This document shows positions 56,842 to 64,000 of a stretch of 64,000 nucleotides of DNA, piece after piece (position 1 is the first letter of the stretch; each line of letters begins with the position of its first letter). Both the position numbers and the translations under genes were made by a program. The notes below the pieces were generated by a model, which saw only the letters and a list, made by a program, of their open reading frames with translations, was not told the origin of the DNA and did no database searches. Source of the DNA: a virus. The DNA lies in the IMG/VR virus record IMGVR_UViG_3300005613_000009, positions 1-64,000 of that record; one strand, given 5' to 3'.

Positions 56842-56911
56842 CGGGCTCCTCCATTTTGTATTATTAATATTTTATGGTTTATCTGCGTTAGATGATTTTG
56901 CCCTATTTTTT

Positions 56912-57130
56912 TTATCCACATAGCATAGAAGCATTAACTCCGAATTTAGCTGCTTTTTGATTGGCTTCAGCGTTTCTCATGAACCATTCAATTTTATGTT
57001 TTGTATCTTTTTCAGTTCCAAGAGCCTCAGCTAAAAACTTTGTTGCATCCTCGCAACTCTTCCCTTTATATCCATGAGCTTCTATCTGAATTTGGCCTTC
57101 TGGACCAAACATTACAGTAATTTTTTTCAT
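56912..57130 (-). CDS. DUF2997-like protein
   Basis: ITVMFGPEGQIQIEAHGYKGKSCEDATKFLAEALG. Confidence 0.75.
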   Translation of the reverse strand: MKKITVMFGPEGQIQIEAHGYKGKSCEDATKFLAEALGTEKDTKHKIEWFMRNAEANQKAAKFGVNASMLCG

Positions 57131-57171
57131 ATTCCCTCCCGTTATAATATTTGATTATAGTTAAAGCATAA

Positions 57172-57381
57172 TTATTTACCTTTCTTCTCAGATTCATTTT
57201 TAATCTGTGGATAACGATGAATCTGTGTTTTATGCAGACGTTTAATTTTGCCATTGGCAATTTGGATTTTGATGTAATTTTTGTATTTACCTTTTGGAAT
57301 GATGGTATACTTGACAAAATATATCCACCTGTCTCCATCCCAAGCAAACCCTGGTTCTATTTTTTGCTTTTTTTTTCTCAT
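57172..57381 (-). CDS. Small basic hypothetical protein
   Basis: 69 aa, SD GGGAGAGGG. Confidence 0.55.
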   Translation of the reverse strand: MRKKKQKIEPGFAWDGDRWIYFVKYTIIPKGKYKNYIKIQIANGKIKRLHKTQIHRYPQIKNESEKKGK

Positions 57382-57446
57382 CCCTCTCCCTTGTTAATAA
57401 ATAAACAGTTGAAGAATCACAGAAAAACAAATAAAAAAATCAAAAA

Positions 57447-59723
57447 TCAGAAAAGCGAAAGTTGAGCAACAACTGGTCTTTTTGCCTCCGTTATCATTTT
57501 GTCCAACTCGTCTTGCGTAACTTCGACATGTGTAACTTTCTTTTTTCGTTTACCTACATACTCAGTAAATCTGACCTTGACGATACAATTTCCAATCTGT
57601 TCCATGCTAGATTCCATTTTAAGGACTTTATCTTCATTTGGAATCTCACAATTTTCAATATTTAGAGTGTTTCCTGTTTGACATACCGGTTTTCCATTTA
57701 TTTCACCATTGCTCAACAATTGCTCTGACTTAACTTCGCTTTTTCGATAACTAATCCATAAATCTTTTAGTGATCCATCTTTATATTTAACGTTTTCAAT
57801 AAGCATTTTTGCAAGTTCTTTAGCGAGGTTATTCCCTCCGATATTTGCCATAGCATTTAAACCTTGATCGCTAAGATCTCCCTCAACGCTCATACTTGAC
57901 ATTAATTTATTTGCCATGAGTTGCAATAATTTTGACTGCATAGTCCCAGTATAAACAAAAAAGTATACGTGGACCGGATTTTTCTGTGGAATACGCCAAG
58001 ACCTTCTTGATGCTTGTCGTAAAGTATAAGTACTTAGTGGAATTTGGTAAAAAATAATGGTAGGGAAATCCATAAGATCCATGCCGACTTCAACCTTGCG
58101 AGGATTAGTTAAAACTACATCAACACCTTGATTCACCCACCCTTGAATGATTTCAGCTCGTTTTTCTGTGTTACCACTTTTCAAAACCTTAATTCTAACC
58201 CCTTTTTCTTCGAGGATTTCAATTAATCGATCACTAATATCGGTTTCGCCCGAACTTTCATAATAAAGAAGAACCCTGCGACCGATTTGTTTTTCATTTA
58301 AAACAATTTCTGCAAGTTGTTCTTCTTTTGGCATAATACCATCCACTGGTTTCCCGGTTGCAACCACCTCATTAGTATATGGATGAGTAACAATAATACC
58401 ATTTTGGATACGTTCTGTATATGTAAGAAGAGAATTTATATAGCTCCCTAATAAAGAATTGTCTCCTGTCGCCAAAGCATTAAGTAACGCTTTTTTAAGT
58501 TCATCCTCAAAATTTTTGTATGCTTTTGCCATCATCGGATCCATTTCTAATTCGATGATTTTTTCGTCATACGTTTGAAGACTGTTTATACAATCTGAAA
58601 GCTGCATAAATACGCAGTGCGGTAACAGCATATTGGTGATCATTACAGGATTAATACCGGGTTTTTCTTTAATATACGTTCTTTTCTTTGACTGAACAAC
58701 AAGGCCATCTTCCTGCTCTGCAAGTTTGATTTTCTCCAATGTACCGTAACGCTCAATGAATTTTCTTGGGGAACCCCATTTGTTGCCGTCCTGATTCATT
58801 ACCTTTGGATGTGTTCTGTATAGTAAATTGTAGACATCTGATGCATAACCACCAACAAGTGTTCCTGTAAGACAAAGAGTATATTTACAGGCCGATGCCA
58901 AAGCACCAAATGCGTATCCTTGCCCTGAATGATTTTTGAATTGATGAACTTCATCTGCGATTAGTAAGTCAAAAAATCCATTCATACGATTATTGATAAA
59001 TTTTGCAGGAATAACACGCCTAAAGCCTGGCTTGGAATTATCAGGTTGCCACAGTTGCTCACCACATCTGACACATCTGTATTTTCGTTTAAATCGTTTT
59101 TGTTTATTACGCTGCCATATGTCAACAGGTACATCATCTTGGTCCAAAACAATTTTGTTGCATCTCGGACAATGCCATGTTTGAAAACCATGCTTATTTA
59201 CCTTAATGACTGCAGCAGGCCGCCATGGGGCACCTATCTTAGCCCTTTCCCGACCAATGACATAAAACTCAAGGGTCGTGGGTTGCTTTGTTTTTGATAT
59301 CCGAATCAATTCTTTTGTGACATTTTTGGTGTTTAAATTGACAACTTTTACATTCGAGATAGTCTCACGGATTTCTGTAATCCACTTTTTTACAATTGTT
59401 GGCGGACATAAAACCAATACCCTTTTTACACCCATAGTACGATTCATTAACTTTGCAACACCGATAGACATTATAGTTTTACCGGTTCCACATTCTGCAA
59501 CCATATACAAACCATGATTGTTTATTGAAAATGACTTGTAACATGCTTTTATGATTTCAGCCTGTGGAGGAAAAGGTCGTTTTTTCATCTGACTGATTTG
59601 GATGTCGAGTTCCGGATCATTATCTTTCAATGGATCATGAACAACTTTAAGCGTTTTTACAACTTTGTTAGCCAAACTTTCGCCATAATCAACCAAAAAC
59701 TCTTTGAGTGCCAATTCCGGCAT
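57447..59723 (-). CDS. SF2 (SNF2/DEAD-like) helicase
   Basis: AECGTGKT, LIADEVH, LTGT, VEVGMDL, QASRRSWR; Zn ribbons. Confidence 0.88.
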   Translation of the reverse strand: MPELALKEFLVDYGESLANKVVKTLKVVHDPLKDNDPELDIQISQMKKRPFPPQAEIIKACYKSFSINNHGLYMVAECGTGKTIMSIGVAKLMNRTMGVKRVLVLCPPTIVKKWITEIRETISNVKVVNLNTKNVTKELIRISKTKQPTTLEFYVIGRERAKIGAPWRPAAVIKVNKHGFQTWHCPRCNKIVLDQDDVPVDIWQRNKQKRFKRKYRCVRCGEQLWQPDNSKPGFRRVIPAKFINNRMNGFFDLLIADEVHQFKNHSGQGYAFGALASACKYTLCLTGTLVGGYASDVYNLLYRTHPKVMNQDGNKWGSPRKFIERYGTLEKIKLAEQEDGLVVQSKKRTYIKEKPGINPVMITNMLLPHCVFMQLSDCINSLQTYDEKIIELEMDPMMAKAYKNFEDELKKALLNALATGDNSLLGSYINSLLTYTERIQNGIIVTHPYTNEVVATGKPVDGIMPKEEQLAEIVLNEKQIGRRVLLYYESSGETDISDRLIEILEEKGVRIKVLKSGNTEKRAEIIQGWVNQGVDVVLTNPRKVEVGMDLMDFPTIIFYQIPLSTYTLRQASRRSWRIPQKNPVHVYFFVYTGTMQSKLLQLMANKLMSSMSVEGDLSDQGLNAMANIGGNNLAKELAKMLIENVKYKDGSLKDLWISYRKSEVKSEQLLSNGEINGKPVCQTGNTLNIENCEIPNEDKVLKMESSMEQIGNCIVKVRFTEYVGKRKKKVTHVEVTQDELDKMITEAKRPVVAQLSLF

Positions 59724-59734
59724 AACAATAACTC

Positions 59735-60226
59735 CTAATGGAAATAAATTTCACCTTCAAAATTGTCCGTTTTAATCATTTCTGTCAACGTGGAGATAAA
59801 TTGTTTGAAATTCAAATATTCTTCAGGAATAGATGTTTCATTCAATTTAATAAAATCATCGGAATAGATAACGAATGAAGAATCATGTGGATTTACGTCT
59901 ATATCAATCTCTTTTGAATCAAGAAATTTTCTAAGTTTTTCTGTGATAACATAATGAGGTAAATAAACATCTAAAGTTGTTTTATATGATGTTTTAAAAT
60001 CTATTTTGGTACAAAGATGAATTTCGGCGATATGTTTATGCATTAGATTTAGATCTTCTTGTGTAGCTGTTACTTTAAGCCATTTTTCAAATTTTGAAGA
60101 TGTAAAAATATCATATTCACCGGTGTGAGGAAGACAATCACGCCACATTCCAAGCAAAACACCTTTTTGGGATTCAGATAATGTTTCTATACCATTTTTT
60201 ATTAACAGATAAGATATGTTATACAT
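59735..60226 (-). CDS. Hypothetical protein
   Basis: 163 aa, SD AAGGAGGAG. Confidence 0.6.
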   Translation of the reverse strand: MYNISYLLIKNGIETLSESQKGVLLGMWRDCLPHTGEYDIFTSSKFEKWLKVTATQEDLNLMHKHIAEIHLCTKIDFKTSYKTTLDVYLPHYVITEKLRKFLDSKEIDIDVNPHDSSFVIYSDDFIKLNETSIPEEYLNFKQFISTLTEMIKTDNFEGEIYFH

Positions 60227-60251
60227 AGTAATTCTCCTCCTTTATTTATTT

Positions 60252-60701
60252 TCATTCAATATAGTTTTTTGCTTTAGTTCTTTGTGCAATACTAATTTTT
60301 ATATCCGGATCAAGATCAGCAAAATTATATTCAATGCCGTCCTTATAAACCCGAGCCTTAATACAACATCCGACATTAAACCCCATTACCTCTTCAACAA
60401 CTTTTTTATCTATTCGGGCCTGTTCGATAAAATATTTCGATAAACCACAAATAGCCTTGTTTCCTTCGAAGTAAAGACCTGGGCATAACTTATATTTGTC
60501 AATATCGTAAATTTTCATCCCAACTGGACAAGTTTCGACTAAGCAACACATCCCACATCGACAACATTTTTGTGGATATTTCTGGTTATGTGATGTTGGT
60601 TTTTCTTTTGAAACATTGTATGAATTCGGTGCTATTTGCATGAATCTTATCTGTGATAATTTCATTGAGTCTTCCATCGTTAAATCTAACAATGTATCCA
60701 T
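60252..60701 (-). CDS. Cys-rich (YkgJ-like Zn/Fe-chelating) protein
   Basis: CCRCGMCC...C...CP.L...C...GCC; start uncertain (overlaps the upstream ORF). Confidence 0.6.
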   Translation of the reverse strand: MDTLLDLTMEDSMKLSQIRFMQIAPNSYNVSKEKPTSHNQKYPQKCCRCGMCCLVETCPVGMKIYDIDKYKLCPGLYFEGNKAICGLSKYFIEQARIDKKVVEEVMGFNVGCCIKARVYKDGIEYNFADLDPDIKISIAQRTKAKNYIE

Positions 60702-61212
60702 GGACATCTCCTATTATAGTATCTAAAGGTGATAAAAAATCATCGTCATGCTTAAATATATTCCATAATGGAACAGCCCAACTGGAATCAAGTGGGAGTT
60801 CGGTGTTTTGCATATAATAAGATAAAAATAGATTTGCTACGTCCGATTCTTCTGTTATTTCATTTGATATTTTGATAAAAAAACACGATTTATCACTTAT
60901 TTCATCTTTATTCTGTTGTTCAACAATATATTTAGGATAAATAATAGACTGAAACAATCCTGAAGGAAGTTTTTTATGCTGGAAAGTGTAATTAAAATAC
61001 CCTTTGTAAAGTTCATAAGTTTTGTTATCGTTTTTTTTGATCCAGACCATAGATCTTTGTATGAATTTGGCAACTATTGCTTTCACAGCAACCTGGAACC
61101 CGGCAATAGCAATAAAATACACAATTCCATCGTATGGGTTTAAAACACAATGTGTGCAATATGCATTTATATCAGATGAAATCACTTTGCATATTTCATT
61201 ATTTTCCATCAT
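60586..61212 (-). CDS. Hypothetical protein of the methyltransferase/helicase cluster
   Basis: 208 aa in operon. Confidence 0.6.
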   Translation of the reverse strand: MMENNEICKVISSDINAYCTHCVLNPYDGIVYFIAIAGFQVAVKAIVAKFIQRSMVWIKKNDNKTYELYKGYFNYTFQHKKLPSGLFQSIIYPKYIVEQQNKDEISDKSCFFIKISNEITEESDVANLFLSYYMQNTELPLDSSWAVPLWNIFKHDDDFLSPLDTIIGDVHGYIVRFNDGRLNEIITDKIHANSTEFIQCFKRKTNIT

Positions 61213-61222
61213 AAGACACCTT

Positions 61223-61747
61223 TTAAATATTGTTTACTAAAAAATGTTTAAAAATATTTGCAGTATCTTTTTTTATCTTACTTAAATCACCATTGTCTGA
61301 GAAGCTATAATATTTATCATTACCTATAATAATATGATCAAATAACTGAGCATCTACAATTTTTCCTGCTACAAAAATTGTTCTTGTAGTTTCGATATCT
61401 TCATGTGATGGTTCTACATCGCCTGAAGGATGGTTATGTGTGAGAACAAATGCAGCTGCTTTAGCAGCTAATATCTTTTTTATGATTTCTCTCATGTGGA
61501 TAATACTCCTCATGAGTGTTCCAGATGACAAAATTTCTATTGCAAGTATTTGATTCGCTGAATTTAGAAAAATCGCATACATTTTTTCCACATCATCCTC
61601 TTGTGCAAAAATTGGTTTCATAATTGAAAAAACCATTTTAGAGCATGAGATTTTTTTCCCAGGAACAGATTCTTTAATCATTTCTGCAATTTCCCCAGAT
61701 CGCAATTTTTTCCAAAAACTTGTTTGGTCGTATGTTATTGAATCCAT
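61223..61747 (-). CDS. radC: RadC / JAB-domain protein
   Basis: E...HNHPSGDVEPSHED...FDHIIIG. Confidence 0.9.
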   Translation of the reverse strand: MDSITYDQTSFWKKLRSGEIAEMIKESVPGKKISCSKMVFSIMKPIFAQEDDVEKMYAIFLNSANQILAIEILSSGTLMRSIIHMREIIKKILAAKAAAFVLTHNHPSGDVEPSHEDIETTRTIFVAGKIVDAQLFDHIIIGNDKYYSFSDNGDLSKIKKDTANIFKHFLVNNI

Positions 61748-61774
61748 TCTAATACTCCTGTGTAAATATATTCT

Positions 61775-62857
61775 TTATTCGATTGTCAATAATTCACCTT
61801 CTTGGTTGTAAGCATTTACTCGAATTTTGACTCTATGAGTTTCAACTGTTTTAGCATTTTCACCTATGCCAGTTGTTTGAGTATCTATAACTTTTCGAGT
61901 AGAGCCCCTAACAAGTAATGGATTTTCGCCGTTTTTGTCTGTAACAACTCCATTCATCAAACCACTAGCCAGTGCTTGAGCTAAATGTCCATATTTCATG
62001 GGCATAATTGGTCTTGTATTTACCTTATCAATTGTTTTCATGTTAAATTTGTTAACAAAATCTTCAATTAATCCATATTGTTTTATTTCATTAACAAGTT
62101 CGTTTGGATTAATTACGGTTGTGGAAAATAATATTTTTAATTTTCTTTGTTTATTTGATAAAATAGGAATATCATAATTGTTGTTTAACCACGATGTAAT
62201 GATATTTGGTGTAACCACTTCGTTTCGGCCACACTTAATTAAATATTGTTCAGATGATAAATTTCTTTCGATTTTTTGTTTAAGCTTTGCAAAAATTACA
62301 ACCTGTTTAAAACGATCATACAAGTCTGATGGAAACTGAAAAATTTTAATATTTTTGAAATTGTGAGAAAGAATACGTGCAATTCTTACAGAAATACGTA
62401 CCCGTGGAATAATATAGACCAATATTCCATCTGGTTTCAAATATCGGATTGAATCCTTAAGAAACGAAAGTTCGTAACGTTTAGATTGTTGGATATCCAT
62501 GTCTAAAGACATTGTTTGATCATCGTAAGGCGGATTTAGATACAAAAGATTAAATACACGATTGCTAATTCGAGTTTTCTTGTAATCCGTAATTAAACAA
62601 TGATCAATTATCTTTTTGGCGAGTTTACCGCGTTCAGGGCTAATTTCAATACCATAAGTCTCAATTTTCGCTATTGTTTTATCACGCAATAATTTTGCTA
62701 TATATGCTAATGGCTCACCATCTCCTACACATGGGTCTATTACCCGAATTAATCCATTAGAATCATTGAATTGACACTTAAGATATTTAGATATGGCTTC
62801 ATATATCGGTTTTGGTGTAGGATAAAAACCAGCTTTTGCTTGTGCTGCAAGCCTCAT
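61775..62857 (-). CDS. DUF6094-like amino DNA methyltransferase
   Basis: MRLAAQAKAGFYPTP, DPCVGDG (motif I), LNPPY (motif IV). Confidence 0.8.
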   Translation of the reverse strand: MRLAAQAKAGFYPTPKPIYEAISKYLKCQFNDSNGLIRVIDPCVGDGEPLAYIAKLLRDKTIAKIETYGIEISPERGKLAKKIIDHCLITDYKKTRISNRVFNLLYLNPPYDDQTMSLDMDIQQSKRYELSFLKDSIRYLKPDGILVYIIPRVRISVRIARILSHNFKNIKIFQFPSDLYDRFKQVVIFAKLKQKIERNLSSEQYLIKCGRNEVVTPNIITSWLNNNYDIPILSNKQRKLKILFSTTVINPNELVNEIKQYGLIEDFVNKFNMKTIDKVNTRPIMPMKYGHLAQALASGLMNGVVTDKNGENPLLVRGSTRKVIDTQTTGIGENAKTVETHRVKIRVNAYNQEGELLTIE

Positions 62858-62892
62858 TATATGCACCTATTTTAATGACTATTTTTTTTATT

Positions 62893-62922
62893 GGGATCAC
62901 CTACTTTTCAGTAGGCAATCCC
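62893..62922 (-). promoter_or_regulatory. 13-bp GAAA-capped hairpin in the methyltransferase 5' UTR
   Basis: mRNA GGGATTGCCTACT-GAAA-AGTAGGTGATCCC with two G-U pairs; no U tract. Confidence 0.55.
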
Positions 62923-62983
62923 TATTGAAGGAGGATTTCACAAAAAAAACAGATAAAAAAAAGAAAAAATACCATTTTACTGC

Positions 62984-63012
62984 TTGACTTTAGCGATTGC
63001 ATTATACATAAT
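62984..63012 (+). promoter_or_regulatory. Plus-strand sigma70-type promoter
   Basis: TTGACT-17 bp-CATAAT. Confidence 0.5.
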
Positions 63013-63076
63013 AAATCATCCTTTTTTTTGTTGTGTTTTTCATCGTCAATGTTCTTTTTCAACCTTCTTCTACATG

Positions 63077-63119
63077 AAAAAACCTCTTTGGCATTAACTT
63101 GTCAAAGAGGTTCTTTTAT
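63077..63119. terminator. Probably bidirectional intrinsic terminator
   Basis: AACCTCTTTGGCA...TGTCAAAGAGGTT flanked by A6 on the left and CTTTTATT on the right. Confidence 0.7.
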
Positions 63120-63518
63120 TCAACTTATCGTTTTATTTGTAAATATTTTTTTTTCATATGGCATAAGTTCTGGTAGAAATGTTGATTTTGTGATATCTAC
63201 TTTGTAAAACCAATGAGTTACAAATAGTGTTTGGTTCAGGATTTCCCATGCTTTTAAAGTTTTTATTGCATTTGTATTTTCTCCTGTTTTTAATGCCTGA
63301 ATGGCCCTACCCTTGGCAATCTGACGTCCTTTACGTTTACATGGCTGATCCATATTGCTGCAAACAGCAATACCACGACTGTATGCTTGTCCGGATGACA
63401 ATAAACAAACTGTTACAATCGGACGATTTTTATTGTCTTTTAGATAATAGTAGATCTCATCGTCTATCTTAATATTATGATTATTGCCATTGTCTTTATA
63501 CCCTACGCCTTTTGCCAT
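63120..63518 (-). CDS. Hypothetical phage protein
   Basis: 132 aa; YSRGIAVCSNMDQPCKRKGRQIAKGRA; SD AAGGAG. Confidence 0.65.
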   Translation of the reverse strand: MAKGVGYKDNGNNHNIKIDDEIYYYLKDNKNRPIVTVCLLSSGQAYSRGIAVCSNMDQPCKRKGRQIAKGRAIQALKTGENTNAIKTLKAWEILNQTLFVTHWFYKVDITKSTFLPELMPYEKKIFTNKTIS

Positions 63519-63536
63519 TGTTTGTTCTCCTTTTTT

Positions 63537-63842
63537 TTAAGTATGTAACGACCAATGTGGAAAAGCAGGTGCATTTAATTCTACCGAAAAAGTTTCTTCG
63601 AACCCATGCAATATCATTCCACCGCTCAACACCAAGCTTTCACCGTTTCTGATAGTAAAGACAAAACTATTTTGTACGAAATCTTTTCCAAGAAACAATG
63701 TGCCATTGAGGTTCCTTCTGATATTGTTTAGACTTTTTAAACAATGAAAAAATGATTCCTTTGTGTCTCCACCAATTTTCCTTGCTAAATTCAAAGCTTC
63801 TTTAAAATGTTTCATGTCATGTATTACTGTTTTTTCATGCAT
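63537..63842 (-). CDS. DUF4120-like protein
   Basis: DF..NSF.F, GGMILHG and terminal WSLHT resemble this mobile-element family; from memory. Confidence 0.55.
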   Translation of the reverse strand: MHEKTVIHDMKHFKEALNLARKIGGDTKESFFHCLKSLNNIRRNLNGTLFLGKDFVQNSFVFTIRNGESLVLSGGMILHGFEETFSVELNAPAFPHWSLHT

Positions 63843-63886
63843 TTTTTAGACCCCTTTTTTTTGGAATAATAATGTTTATAGATTTA

Positions 63887-64000
63887 CTACCAATTAATTT
63901 GACGCATAACACTTTCAACTCGTTCTGGATTGATTTCGTTCGGGAATTTGGAAATAACATAATATAGTTTTTTACCTTCTGATGGAAATAACTCGATCAA
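63887..64000 (-). CDS. 3' end of a gene truncated at the window edge
   Basis: Open frame ...LIELFPSEGKKLYYVISKFPNEINPERVESVMRQINW*. Confidence 0.45.
   Translation of the reverse strand: MIELFPSEGKKLYYVISKFPNEINPERVESVMRQINW

Larger units (their letters stand above)
51108..62962. repeat. Dispersed intergenic motif AACAGATAAAAAA
   Basis: Exact at 51108, 52751 and 62948; variants at 56134 (AACAGATGAAAAAA) and about 57426 (AACAAATAAAAAA). All lie between genes. Confidence 0.6.

Noticed and set aside
1-64000. tRNA, integrase, holin/endolysin, DNA polymerase, recoded stop codons, definite host
   Set aside because: None were recognisable, and long ORFs read cleanly in the standard code. AGGAGG-type RBSs argue against a Bacteroidota host, but no host can be assigned from the sequence alone.

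Overview
The window is a large part of an AT-rich tailed dsDNA phage or prophage genome with siphovirus-like morphogenesis genes. It has three blocks. (1) 1-35.1 kb, minus strand: the virion module, with scaffold, major capsid, cement, two GT2-TPR glycosyltransferases, two signal-peptide proteins, neck genes, a Com-like Zn finger, tail tube, frameshifting tail chaperones, a 4039-aa tape measure protein, hub, a 2128-aa mosaic fibre and further tip genes. (2) 35.4-38.9 kb, plus strand: terS-terL-portal, the only credible plus-strand genes, inverted relative to the canonical order. (3) 38.9-64 kb, minus strand: an ~11-kb amino-sugar biosynthesis and transfer operon (WbpB/WbpE/WbpD-like, amidoligase, methyltransferase, radical SAM, three GT-B enzymes, WecD-like GNAT) headed by an unannotated RHH regulator, then an early region. 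The early region holds Sak-like and Cas4-like recombination genes, a DnaC-like loader, a DUF2997/DUF1257/AAA/DUF3150-like set, an SF2 helicase, RadC and a DUF6094-like methyltransferase. The two strongest candidate systems are a self-contained glycan pathway, plausibly for virion glycosylation, and a repeated leader hairpin with a compensatory base change that overlaps terminators and/or Shine-Dalgarno sequences of the capsid, tail-tube and chaperone genes, possibly read by the Com-like protein. All family and DUF names come from motif recognition by eye, not from database searches. No integrase, lysis genes, DNA polymerase, tRNA, CRISPR array or reverse transcriptase were seen.
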